NCBI GenBank assembly: GCA_965649765.1
Contig: OZ287761.1
Coordinates: forward strand, 7,688,001-7,752,000
Length of the DNA stretch: 64,000 nt
Reading direction: 5' to 3'
Origin: Bispira polyomma
Lineage: Eukaryota
A program made the translations under genes and the position numbers. A model generated the notes under the pieces. That model was not told the DNA's origin, did no database searches, and saw only the letters and a list, made by a program, of their open reading frames with translations. Below, piece by piece: positions 1-12,404 of this stretch (positions are counted from its first letter, which is position 1; each line of letters begins with the position of its first letter).

Positions 1-568
1 TACACCGCTCTGATGTATGGCATTAAAAGACTCCAGTATGGTACTATTGTCCAGTTTTTACTGAACCCCAAGTGTGATTTAACACTAAAAAAACAACAAA
101 GGAGAGGGCTTGCAACAGATTGTAGAAAGACTGGATGACGCCACAACCTTCATTAAAGATGCAATTCGCATTGCAATAGCAAGATCATCCACGGTTCCGA
201 GTGCAAGTTCCAAGCCAGCAGAAGACCATGTGCAGTTGTTACTGGATGCTGTTGGCAAAGACAGTCGCTTTGGATCAGAATTGAAGTAGTATTTAAAGCA
301 AGAAATCCAGTGCTTGGAAGCAGACCTAAAAACATTTAGCGGTGGTCGATATGGCCATGAACTAGCTCTGTCAAAAGAGCACAGGGACAAACTTAGAGGC
401 TGCAGGGTCCATATTTGTGATGAACTCATACCAGATCCTATTTTTGCTTACCTTGTGGAGGACGGTGTATTGAATGATGACATTGTGGACGAAATAAGGC
501 AGGAGAAAACCAGAAGAAAGATCAGTGATCTGATAAATACTAATGATGTCCTTATCAGGATAGGATAA
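1..568 (+). pseudogene. Disrupted ankyrin-repeat + CARD (death-fold) coding region, 5' end outside window
   Basis: Frame 1 from base 1 reads YTALMYGIKRLQYGTIVQFLLNPKCDLTLK and, after a frameshift in the A-run at ~87-93, continues NNKGEG, matching the ankyrin consensus TAL..A.....IV.FLL....D....NN.G. Frame 2 then runs to an in-frame TAG at 287-289, followed by LSKEHRDKLRGCRVHICDELIPDPIFAYLVEDGVLNDDIVDEIRQEKTRRK (CARD helices 1-3 pattern) and a stop at 566-568 before a full CARD. Confidence 0.75.
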
Positions 569-1415
569 ACATTCAGTAAAACTTATGATAACATTGTAAT
601 GATGCTGTTATGAATTTGGATTTTTAACTTTTGTTTACTTAAATATCAGTGACTGTGTGTGATAATTGATCACCGTTCAAACAAACTTTAGAGTGTTTTA
701 TGTCTTTTCTTCATGTTAAACCCTTTAAAGTAAAGAAATGTGAACTACAAAGTTGGTGATAAGTTGGTGATAAATTTTGAAGAAGGTAGTGCAAATAATG
801 TTTGATATTATGGATTAACTATCTTTCTCAGAAGTGTTATTAATAACACGCTCAAACTATTCATAATGTCTACATATACTTAACTTCTGTATTTCATGAA
901 CACTGTGTAACACTATACAGTTATCTTAATCAACTTAACCTTAGTTCAATTAATTTTTTATGATTTTTTTATTTTTTTTTTTTTCGTTCTTCAAGTTTAG
1001 GAAGAAAAAAAAATTAATACATAATGTGTGTGTCGGTTTATAAACACATAAATCACAATGTATGTGTGAAATTATTCATAATTTACTGAATATTAAAGCC
1101 AAACTGAAATATGCTATATAAAGATAGGCTGTTTTCTCAACATTCTGTAACTTATGTGTGTGTCATTTACATATCAAAAGCTCACAATGTAAAAAGAGTT
1201 GGGTTTTTTTGTTCTGTGCTACAAATAAGCTGGCTGTCTTTATTACCCTATATATTTGTCACCCAAGATATTTACATCTACGTCATGCACTGTGTGTCTG
1301 GTGGACTGTCTCTCTCCATGCCTATTTCTGACTTTATTTCTACTTGTTGTTTTGGGGTGTTTTGTTTTTTTGGCTTCTGTGATATTCATGTTTTTATATA
1401 TCTATAAAACATCAG

Positions 1416-1633
1416 GGTCCGTATTCTCTGAAATAGACTCAGACTCAACTATTTCGAAGTTCTTGTAAATGGAAATAACCTGGACTTGTAACCATTCATT
1501 TTAATAGAGCTTTAAGCGCTGAATTCAAATATGCAGTCGAATTTTACTTAACTTTATCCCAGCCAGAGATATGGGGACTTCAGATATGAGCTTGAGGCCG
1601 ACTTGAGCCAGAGATTTTTGGAGAATACGGCGG
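1416..1633. mobile_element. MITE (family M1) with terminal inverted repeats
   Basis: CCGTATTCTC at 1419-1428 and GAGAATACGG at 1621-1630 are inverted repeats; internal TTGTAACCATTCATTTTAATAGAGCT recurs reverse-complemented at ~12287-12313. Confidence 0.75.
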
Positions 1634-2154
1634 CCACAGCTAAATATAGAGAAAATCTATCTATTGTGACTAGTATGTGAACCATCTTGAAGAACTATTC
1701 ACATTTTACTTCGCCAGACTACTTGTATAGACTTAATACTTCAACACTATTTGGTCATATTTTAAGCCCATAATTGCCATACAGTTTGTACTAAAACTAG
1801 GCAACTAAGAGAGATTTCAAATTCTACCAAGGCTCACAGTCTTCCATTTATTTATATGCATAGAATGATCATGTAATAAATGATGCCAAACTGACTGTGT
1901 AACTGTTTACATTATAAATTACAATTATGCACTTAAACGGATGTCTTATGTGGTTCATATAACGTGTGTAAAATACTTAAAGTAAGTAACAGGGTGCATT
2001 TCATATTAAGTATTTAAATATATATATCTTTTCCTTAACTTTTCACCCAAAAAATATTAGATAAAAATCAATTAAGGACGTCTCCAGTGACTAGAAATTT
2101 ACAATCCGTTAAAATCTCTGTTATATCTTAATTTGGTGTCAGATTATGTTAATT

Positions 2155-2186
2155 ACTTCCGGTTACATAGTCTTGGCCTCCATTTT
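2155..2186. promoter_or_regulatory. Candidate promoter: ETS motif next to a YY1-like motif
   Basis: ACTTCCGG at 2155-2162 and GCCTCCATTTT at 2176-2186, ~1.4 kb upstream of the CD225 ATG, whose exon is preceded by an acceptor-like TTCACACACTGCAG ending at 3542. Motif match only. Confidence 0.35.
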
Positions 2187-3558
2187 AGATATTTTTAGGA
2201 TGTGCCAATTAAACTTGTGACTAGTGTCTGTAAATATAAAACCTCGACGTGAATTGGTACAGCTTTTGGATTTTCTTATGATATGTAAAACATAGGCAAA
2301 GTAGAAAAAAAACTGAAATTGAATAAATGATTATTTGTAAAAAAGAGGTTAAATGATATTTAGTATATTTTACGCCTTGGCTAGACTAAAGACAACCCAA
2401 CACATGCATATAGTTACTTGTATCCACATAAATACTTTCAATGGTGAATTTTAAGTGTACTTTGTATCCTTCCAAAAACAGACACAAAGACATACCACAT
2501 ACATGAATAAGTTTGAACAGTTTATAAGTAAACACTGCCTCTATGACGTCATTGAAAAACGTCGACCTCCAAAGAATTGTTTGAATTGTGAGATTATGTA
2601 TGTATATACATAAATAACCAGTGAGGTTTGAAATTTAAAAGTATCACCAGATGTGCGTATATTTAGGGGGAACATTAAGTATGTTTGTATTATATTTATA
2701 TATATGGCAGATATAAAGGTTACATAGGATATTTGACTACATACATTATGTACACTGGTAAGTTCCCATTCCCATTCTAATTTCACTTACTGATATATAT
2801 ATGCATTCTGTCATTAAACTATACTGATGCTAGATGTATTGTAACCAGTATGTTATATACTGTATATTAAAATAATTCTTCCTCCACTTTTTCTCACTAA
2901 CTTGTGCTGCTGCATGGGAGGATCAAAGTATGTGATCAATTCATTTATATATATCTTCTGAGTTATAATATATACACAACATTCTTCTTATTATTCCTTT
3001 ATATGTTAGTTGTTTACAATATATTGTGAGGAATTAGTAAACTTAATGGGGTGACCCATTTATAAAATGATAATGTGTAGGGTACTGGAAACCAGAATTA
3101 TGACTATTAACAGGATGTAAATCAGTCTAATTCATAACTCAGAGATGCTATCTACATTTGTGACCAAATCTAAGCAACTGCATATTGACATATTATAGTC
3201 TCAAGCATGGGAGATCTGTTACACTAAGACCTTGTTTAACACATATATGCACTCATATATGACCTTGACACAAGAGGAAGTTTCAAATCCTTGTAAAAAT
3301 GATAATATATGCACATGAACTATATCAAATGTAGTTATAATACCAGACTATTCCTTGGTACACTAGTCGTTTGGGTTCAAATGTCTCACCAATCTGTAAA
3401 AAGGCAAGTCATCATTTCTAAAACAAAGAGTTCAAATTCTAAGTTGCTGCAATTACTTGATATCTGTTGATCAAGGTGACTGCTCGAAAAAGCTGTCAAA
3501 TAGGATGTTTTGCAAAAAACTGTTTTACTTCACACACTGCAGGTAATCCATTTTCACA

Positions 3559-5014
3559 ATGGCTGACAAATTTGCTTCTCTGGGATACAGACAAGGTACC
3601 AATGGGCAGTTGACCAACCTGGCTTACCAGGATGATAACATAATAGTGAAATCTCAGCAGAGAGCTGATCAGAACACTGGTAAAGAACCAGTCCAAACAA
3701 GCACCAACAGTCTCCATGAGAGGAGAACAGCGTCTGACCTTTTTAACGGAACAGTGACTAAGGTGAATGATAAAATGATATCTAACAACACCCAGTCAAA
3801 TTTAGATGTTGAGAGGGTAAGTGAGGAAATGGCTGATCATGTTAACAACAAAAACCCAAATACTGGCGGAAACACCAGAAACCCATGTAATGACATTAAG
3901 GAAGACACAGGTAAACCTTTGGGAAGTAGAGTATTGCCTGGTCAGGTGTTGGAAGATACGAGTACACAGCCTGACAAAAGAAAGCTGTCAAGTAATAGTT
4001 CTCAAGGGATTAACAGAGGACATATGTCTAAAAATAGTATGACTGACAATGACAGTAACTCAGTACATAGTCCCGGATGTAGGAGTGAGAACAGCATCCA
4101 GTCCCCATACACAGAGAGTGTGTGCCTGAAGATGTTTGATGACTGCTTTGATTCTTCATCCAACTTTACCTCCAGGAGTTCAGGCAGTGAACTTGAATCT
4201 TCTGCGCTGAGCTGTGTGAATCTAGAAGACATCACTGAAGAGGATGGCTACCTCCCTGATACAGAATCAGTGCTAGCTGATGATGTATTCAATACTGCTA
4301 CAGAGGGGGAATGTGACAAGGATAAATTTGTAAACAGTAATAGTTGCCATAATAAAGAGCATGACTTACCACATCATGGTGTTTCTTATTCTAGTAAAGA
4401 AAAGCATAGTGTTAGTGGAAGTAATAGCAAGTCTGCTTCACCAGTCAAAAATAGTGAGAAATTTACAAAGATACCGGTGACAGAGACTGTTATTGAAGCA
4501 CCTGTATATAAAGATGACAAGGGTGAAAAGAAACAGTTATTGCTTAAAACTGATGGTAAAAATGATGATAAAGCTTTGCCCCCAGTGTCGACTAAAGGTG
4601 AAAAATCTGATAAGGCTAATAAAGAAGAAACCAATAATCTTATACCTGACCAAGATGATGGACATGATATAGTTTGTGTAAAGCAAGGTTCAGGTACAAC
4701 AGAATCCACTGATAAGCAAGATAGCAGTAGTCAAAAAGACAGGGGTAAATCCAGCTTCCACATTACCCAACCAAGGGAATACAACATGCGTCACGATACT
4801 CGGCGTACTTTGGTAATGCAGTCATCTGATGTGATCCATTGTCAGTTCCTTGAGGATGACTATGATGTCTATAAGGGGAGGAGAGCCAGGCTGTCAGTGT
4901 ACAGCAGAGACCAACCCTTTATGCCACCAAGAAGTAAGGATTATCTCCTGTTGTCGTGTATGGTGCTGTGCTGCTGTAATCCCCTCGTTGGCATCATTGC
5001 CTTCAGTTTTTCTG
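3559..5014 (+). CDS. CD225/dispanin-family (IFITM/PRRT-like) membrane protein, coding exon 1
   Basis: Long ORF with S/D/N/K-rich N-terminus ending in PPRSKDYLLLSCMVLCCCNPLVGIIAFSFS (first hydrophobic segment of CD225 with Cys cluster); donor G|GTAAGT at 5014/5015, phase 1. Confidence 0.9.
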
Positions 5015-5706
5015 GTAAGTCTTGCTGTTAGAGAAAAATAAGATACTGTTCTACCCTTAATTTGTAATTGTGCTAATTGTAAGTCAGTTATTGTATTGTA
5101 AAATTGTATTTTCTACATTCAATTGCATACGAATCATTTATTTCACGTTCGAAAATTAATAAAAATTCAAGTACATCGATACATTCATTCAACCAAAGGT
5201 GCTATCTGGACCATAAATTTAACTCACTGTTTAAAGCGATTTCACCATATCAGATGGACTATTGTCTCTCCAGTCTGACCATATTTTAGAAGTCATGCAA
5301 TATATTACACAAAATTGCAATTTGCATGAACAATAACCATGGCTGTAGGTGTCCAGCATAAGGTCAACTTGACCAAATTAGGTTGCTTTTTGAAGTTTAA
5401 CTAGTTGTTGTGAACTAATCAACCAGAAGTGACTTCCAATAGCCTTTGAAATGATTTGGTCCCAGTCTTTGGCTCCCAGGTCAGGTATAGGCAGATACAT
5501 GGTGGCTCTGTTGATTATTAAAACTGGTGGTCCTCTGTCATTGGGTCCTATTCCTAGTGTGAGGCTAAAGAACATTGAGGATGTTGATAAATTGTCATCC
5601 TCAACACTCTGCCTTCAACTGTCCTTTGAATACCAGGCAAAGGTAGATACAAATTCTACATTCTTTGTAGCCACCATAATTATGACTGATACTTTTGCAT
5701 TTACAG

Positions 5707-5873
5707 TTGCGGTGAACAGTACCTATGAAGCAGGACAATATGACCGATCTGTGTCCTTCTCTAAATGGTCTTTGCGCATGTCTGCAGCGGGTATAGCAAT
5801 AACATGCTTCATGGTATTGATTTTATTGATTTGCTATTGGCCCGACAACTACAGGAAGGTGGCTGAATCATGA
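5707..5873 (+). CDS. CD225/dispanin-family protein, coding exon 2
   Basis: Acceptor TTTTGCATTTACAG ends at 5706; phase-1 join gives (V)AVNSTYEAGQYDRSVSFSKWSLRMSAAGIAITCFMVLILLICYWPDNYRKVAES*, the CD225 loop plus C-terminal TM helix. Spliced CDS is 1623 nt (540 aa). AATAAA at 6392 and 6561. Confidence 0.9.
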
Positions 5874-6663
5874 GAGGATAGTATTAATGAGAATATACAA
5901 TGTACATTTTATCTCTAAGTGGCTCTGTAAAACTTTATCTTTAAAATACATATAATGTTGTCACTGCAGCTAATTAGCTTACTTCAATGTATGTGTTCAC
6001 ACAATTACTGAAATGAGTCATGAAAGCTACTGCACGTCCATGTTATATTACATAAGTATTTCATTTGCTCTAGGAAATCTTATACAATTTTACTTGTACA
6101 AATACCCATACCAAATAGCCACAGCTAATGCTAACTCTATCACCTGATGTATTAGTAACCATTTGCCTATTTATTACTGTATATTATTGGCTGCATTTGT
6201 GGTATCTTTAAAGAGTTAACAGGCAAATGTAAGGTAAAAATGTTCAGTCAGAAGTGTCCAACTTCTTCATAAGTCAGCTTCTATATATATATAGAAATAT
6301 ATGTCCGATGTATATTATGTATATGTTGCACACACATGCATTGGGTTGTAACAACCTTAATATGTGTACTTTGTGTATTTGTCAGTATCAGAATAAATAA
6401 ATTTTACACAGATATAAAAGACTGAAAGTGATCAACCAAGGCTTAGCAATAAATTAGTTACATGTCCAGTTAAAGGTTTCATAATCATTTGAAACAGCAC
6501 AGAAGTGGCACAATGTGTTTAGAGGATGATTGTGACTAAAATTTTAATTTTAATACTATGAATAAAGGCTATGCACTATACAGTCAAATGATATATTTTA
6601 TCATTAATAGCTTACTAATGCATTTCAAACATATTTCACAATGACCACTTATATGTGGTACGT

Positions 6664-6791
6664 TATGGTAACTTGCCCACCATCTATGGTGCCTTGCCCA
6701 CCATCTATGGTGCCTTGCCTACCATCTATGCTGACTTTGCCCACCATCTATGGTGACTTGCCTACCATCTATGGTGACTTGCCTACCATCT
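6664..6791. repeat. 21-bp tandem repeat, ~6 copies (TTGCCYACCATCTATGGTGMC)
   Basis: Directly visible; followed by a 12-bp duplication TTCATCAGTCTA. Confidence 0.95.
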
Positions 6792-7429
6792 GTTTGTTCA
6801 TCAGTCTATTCATCAGTCTATTCAAGTATTCTCACTGGACCATAAAAAGACATGGTTACAACAGTTTTAATCTCAACTAAACTGGTGTGGTACTTCAGTC
6901 TTCGCTTTTATAATATATGAGAGCATTATAGTCTTATCCTAAACATTGAAGCCAGGTTGTGTAAGTGCTTCTGAATGAGAACATAATGATACACTGGTTA
7001 TTGGAAGAACTTTTAACTGGTTCTTCAGATCCTGAATATAATCCTAGTTCATGTGGACTTGCATCAAAACCATATTATATAGACAGAAAGTGTGCATCAA
7101 ACAAAAAATTTGCAATTCAAATCCGTACTTTATCTGGGAGAATAATGTACGCTTAAATAGTTTGCATTAAGTACAAAAAATAGTGCACAGTAAGTTGGAA
7201 AATATTTTAATATTTCACTTTAACATATGCTGTTGTCAGTCTTTATAATAGAGATAAGGTAGTCAAGCTTGTACTTTATAGGTGATTAAAGGACAGCCTT
7301 TTGGCACAATGGACTCGCGCCCTCATCCATTATTCCGCCATAAGTTGGTCTTTTAATCGCCAATACAGTATGCATCCGCGAACTTTATTTCTGCATCAAA
7401 TCTACCCTCATCACTCAATGGAAGTATAT

Positions 7430-7661
7430 TTGAATTTATTTGGGTTTCATCCAACATTCGATATCTTTGGTCATATTGTGATGGCCTGATTTGTCACTAA
7501 AAGAAAATCAGTACACTATCTGTACTGGACACCACCGACTTGTGGCAAGTGCCTGACAAACCTTACCCACCTGTAGAAAGCAATGGTAATCAAACACACT
7601 GTCCCACTTTGAGAGGCTAGTGGTATTAAAGTGGATGCTTATAACCACTGGGCCACCACGA
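7430..7661 (-). mobile_element. Old tRNA-derived SINE
   Basis: Ends AACCACTGGGCCACC (A box on minus strand); body resembles the copies at 11633 and 15983. Confidence 0.6.
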
Positions 7662-8855
7662 ATCCTCATTCAGGGTAGAAACACTGCATTTAAGCATCAA
7701 TGCCAAAATAGCTTTGGGGGTTATTTAAAGTCATTTTTGTCAGAATTCTGTTTAATTTTGTTTGTTTTTTCTAACATAATATTTCTAAGCATTTCTAAGC
7801 ACTTTGGCTGGTCAGATTTACTGTTGAGATCTACATTTTTTAGTGGAATGTATTTGCAAGAGTCATTTATCTCAGTCAATATGCTCACCATATTTTTTGA
7901 GCATTAGTTGTAAATTTTATATTTTATGCATTGTGTTAAAATGGTAAAAATTTGAATTGTAAAACAGTCATCTTGTGGCGTTTATCTTCATGTTTGTTCA
8001 AAACAATCCACTAATTGTCAGTGGTTAATTCATTTATACATACATGCATCACGTTTTATAGAGCCAGGAATACTTTTTGCATCACCAGGGCCGTATTTAT
8101 GAAATGTTTTAACTGAAATGCCATATATGTCAATTTCCTGATCATTGGGAATAACCAATACATGTTACCATTGATTTGAATTTAGCTTTCAGTGAGAAAC
8201 TTCAATATCAGATTCGAGCTATCTATACTACTAGCTACACAAAGATAAACCAGGATATATTTGAGATTGATGTGAGTCTAAGACAATTGATAAATATTTA
8301 CCTGTTAAACTTTGTAATAGACATATACAGTGACTATAAGAGTCATAGCTTAATGACTGATTGTATTGCAGTCCTAGAGCTTTAATGCAGCAATTAGTAC
8401 TACCTCATTGTGCAGTATAGTGAATGACTGCCATAAAGTTAATTTGATTAATGCTATTAGTTTTACTGATGTTCATTAAAGCATTGTCATGTCATTAGAA
8501 CTATCATCATAGGTATTCAACTGCTCCCATTTATATCGGCATGTTTAATTTGTCATATTTCCCTTTGTTGCTCAAATATTTGTGTCAGCTGCAGAGAATA
8601 TTACTTTTTTTACAAATGTAGATATTTAAGTCATGGGGTAGCATAGTAAATATTTAAGTACAGATATTTTTTTTCTAATAGCAAGTAGATAACACAATAA
8701 TTAATTTAGACTTTGAAGTTTCTATCCACAAATGATCCTTAGTCCGATAAGCTTAACTTCAGAAAGGATATTTGAAAGGGGGCAAAATTTATAAAATTAC
8801 ATAAAGGCTTCAAAAAAGTCAGTGTTACAGCATGACTGACTTGATAACTATGATA

Positions 8856-9165
8856 AACAAGAGCTGTCTTCTAAAAAGGACACAAGGGCACAGCGTGAGA
8901 TATATTAATGTGACACCCCTCAGTTTGGCCAGGTCAATTGTTTCCAACCAATCCACGAGGGCCTTAAATATTATTTCAAACATTGCAGTCATATCAGGCA
9001 GTGTATGATATTATGAAGATGACACCCCTCAGTTTTGCTGGGTCAATTGCTTTTAACTAATCAATGAAGGCCTTACATATTATTTCCAACATGGCGGCAA
9101 CTTCCAACATGGCCGTGCCCTTTTCAGAATGCCTGATCAAAAAGATAGAAACTGATGTCCCCCCA
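8856..9165. repeat. Dispersed repeat starting AAACAAGAGCTGTC with an internal ~110-bp tandem duplication
   Basis: GACACCCCTCAGTT..GGTCAATTG..GGGCCTTA.ATATTATTTC.AACAT occurs twice; reverse-complement relatives at ~28130-28310, 29730-29890, 43470-43650, 55500-55685 and 58005-58170. Confidence 0.7.
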
Positions 9166-9222
9166 CCTCCCTCATTTATTGCAAGTAAAGTACAAATAAA
9201 TCCATAATAGATGTAAAGAAAA

Positions 9223-11247
9223 GCTGTCACATAAAGTACAGCCTATTTTAGTCACATCTAAACTGTCACATGTAGTCCAGCATATCTTAGTCACAACTAA
9301 ACTGTCACGTGCAGTAAATCATATCTTAGTTACATCTAAACTGACACATGTAGTACAGCATATCTTAGTCACATCTAAACTGACACATGTAGTCCAGCAT
9401 ATCTTAGTCACATCTAGATGTAAAGAAAAGCTGTCACATAAAGTACAGCCTATTTTAGTCACATCTAAACTGTCACATGTAGTCCAGCATATCTTAGTCA
9501 CAACTAAACTGTCACGTGCAGTAAATCATATCTTAGTTACATCTAAACTGACACATGTAGTACAGCATATCTTAGTCACATCTAAACTGACACATGTAGT
9601 CCAGCATATCTTAGTCACATCTAAACTGTCACGTGTAGTCCAGCATATCTTAGTCACATCTAAACTGTCACGTGTAGTACAGCATATCTTAGTCACATCT
9701 AAACTGTCACATGTAGTACAGCATATCTTAGTCACATCTAAACTGTCACATTTAGTACAGCCTATCTTAGTCACATCTAAACCGTCACATTTAGTACAGC
9801 CTATCTTAGTCACATCTAAACTGTCACATGTAGTACAGCCTATCTTAGTCACATCTAAACTGTCACATGTAGTACAGCCTATCTTAGTCACATCTAAACT
9901 GTCACATGTAGTACAGCCTATCTTAGTCACATCTAAACTGTCACGTGTAGTACAGCATATCTTAGTCACATCTAAACTGTCACATGTAGTACAGCATATC
10001 TTAGTCACATCTAAACTGTCACATTTAGTACAGCCTATCTTAGTCACATCTAAACTGTCACATTTAGTACAGCCTATCTTAGTCACATCTAAACTGTCAC
10101 ATGTAGTACAGCCTATCTTAGTCACATCTAAACTGACACGTGTAGTACAGCATATCTTAGTCACATCTAAACTGTCACATGTAGTACAGCATATCTTAGT
10201 CACATCTAAACTGTCACGTGTAGTACAGCATATCTTAGTCACATCTAAACTGTCACATGTAGTACAGCATATCTTAGTCACATCTAAACTGTCACATGTA
10301 GTACAGCATATCTTAGTCACATCTAAACTGTCACATTTAGTACAGCCTATCTTAGTCACATCTAAACTGTCACGTGTAGTACAGCATATCTTAGTCACAT
10401 CTAAACTGTCACATGTAGTACAGCATATCTTAGTCACATCTAAACTGACACGTGTAGTACAGCATATCTTAGTCACATCTAAACTGTCACATTTAGTACA
10501 GCCTATCATAGTCACATCTAAACTGTCACATGTAGTACAGCATATCTTAGTCACATCTAAACTGTCACGTGTAGTACAGCATATCTTAGTTACATCTAAA
10601 CTGTCACATTTAGTACAGCATATCTTAGTCACATCTAAACTGTCACGTGTAGTACAGCATATCTTAGTCACATCTAAACTGACACGTGTAGTACAGCATA
10701 TCTTAGTCACATCTAAACTGGCACATGTGATACATCCTATCTTAGTCACATCTAAACTGACACGTGTAGTACAGCATATCTTAGTCACATCTAAACTGTC
10801 ACGTGTAGTACAGCATATCTTAGTCACATCTAAACTGTCACGTGTAGTACAGCATATCTTAGTCACATCTAAACTGTCACACGTAGTACAGCATATCTTA
10901 GTCACATCTAAACTGTCACATTTAGTACAGCCTATCTTAGTCACATCTAAACTGTCACATGTAGTACAGCATATCTTAGTCACATCTAAACTGGCACATG
11001 TGATACATCCTATCTTAGTCACATCTAAACTGTGTCGTGTAGTACAGCATATCTTAGTCACATTTAAACTGGCACATGTAGTACAGCATATCTTAGTCAC
11101 ATCTAAACTGTCACATGTAGTACAGCATATCTTAGTCACATCTAAACTGGCACATGTGATACATCCTATCTTAGTCACATCTAAACTGTGTCGTGTAGTA
11201 CAGCATATCTTAGTCACATTTAAACTGGCACGTGTAGTACAGCATAT
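9223..11247. repeat. 39-bp minisatellite, ~50 copies (CATATCTTAGTCACATCTAAACTGTCACRTGTAGTACAG)
   Basis: Directly visible; gives a 13-aa period in the ORF track; includes a 207-bp duplication of the left edge (9208 and 9415) and a 117-bp three-unit higher-order repeat near the right end. Confidence 0.98.
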
Positions 11248-11632
11248 TTTCAGAAAAAAATTATTACTACTTCCGATTTTAGAATTTGTATTGAAACCCA
11301 ACAATGCATCAACTTACTTTTATTATGAAAGAGATGTATTTTATTTTAAATATTTTGTACTTTAGACGGCTCACTTTGCATGCCATAATTGGATAAACAT
11401 ACCAATGAGGACAACACATTATAGATATTGATAAAGTAGGTGATAATACACTAGAACTGAACAAGCAGATTATTCTGAAGGTATAAGTGCTAGACACAGC
11501 CCAGTTGCTGCTAGAAACCTAATGGCATGTGTTGATACAAACAAAGATACAGTGGATAACATGAGCTAAAACTGAAGTACTTTGAAAACAAGATCAGACT
11601 ACCTGTCTGTATGCTGTTTTCTGTTCTATATC

Positions 11633-11851
11633 TTTGAGTTTAGTTGGGTGTTACGTCCAATTCACCAATTCAGGTCATTATCACGACAGCCAGACTTAAA
11701 TGGTGAAAGAAACCAGTGCTGAAACAACTGTATAAACCACCAGCCCACCTGACCGACTTTCCCGCATGAAGGAACAAACATGATTCGAACACTGATTAGT
11801 GAAAGGCTAGTGGTTTTGAATCAAGTGCTTCTAACCACTGGGCCCACCCCA
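11633..11851 (-). mobile_element. tRNA-derived SINE (older family)
   Basis: TTTGAGTTTAGTT tail, GATTCGAAC (B box), CTAACCACTGGGCCCACC (A box); body matches the reverse complement of 15983-16198. Confidence 0.75.
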
Positions 11852-12180
11852 CGGTCCATGCTCTAGACACACACTAATGCAATTCACTTGTTTTTAGCTG
11901 TGTAAACCCTTTTTTCTCCATCTTTTTTTGCTTACAATGGTAAAAAAATCCATGACACTTGTCTCTATACATTTATCTAGTTGATAGACACCTATAGTAA
12001 TACAATTAACATGTTTTTTTCCAGTGTAAAAATGAGAAATTAGATCACACTCAGACTCTTTTTTTCTTAGCCTACGCTTCCATGTGCCAGATATTTTTCG
12101 GTGGACATTGGATTTTAATTTTTCCGTCCGACTACATAAGCTGTTGACAGTTCTATGTGTCTGATGTACAACAGATGAAC

Positions 12181-12404
12181 TTATACTCGGCTTAAACTCA
12201 TACTCAACTCAAATTTGGATTCTCTATAACTCTGGATATGGTAAATAGATCTAAAATCGGACTTGATATTTGAATTCAGTGTTAAAAGCTCTATTAAAAT
12301 GAATGGTCACAAATATGGGTTATTTTTATGTACAAGGATTTCCACATGGCCTTTATTTGAGTTGAGTATGCATTTAAGCTGAGTATACGTTCGAGAATAC
12401 GTCC
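12181..12404. mobile_element. MITE family M1, opposite orientation to 1416-1633
   Basis: Palindromic arms TATACTCGGCTTAAA..CATACTCAACTCAAAT / ATTTGAGTTGAGTATGCATTTAAGCTGAGTATA, ending GAGAATACG. Confidence 0.7.

Noticed and set aside
4002-4709. Antisense ORFs over the CD225 exon, and likewise over the retroelement ORFs
   Set aside because: Shadow frames of real coding sequence with no independent features.
5451-5706. N-terminal 85 aa of ORF 5451-5873, and GKSCC at the end of ORF 3559-5031
   Set aside because: Intron read-through; splice sites at 5015 and 5706 give a complete CD225 domain.
9223-11247. CRISPR array
   Set aside because: Head-to-tail repeats without unique spacers, no cas genes, eukaryotic context.
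9526-11304. 592-aa Cys-rich ORF as a metallothionein- or keratin-associated-like protein
   Set aside because: TTG start with no ATG or acceptor, lies almost wholly in a 39-bp repeat whose unit lacks a stop, ends at a variant stop inside the array, and the opposite strand is also open.
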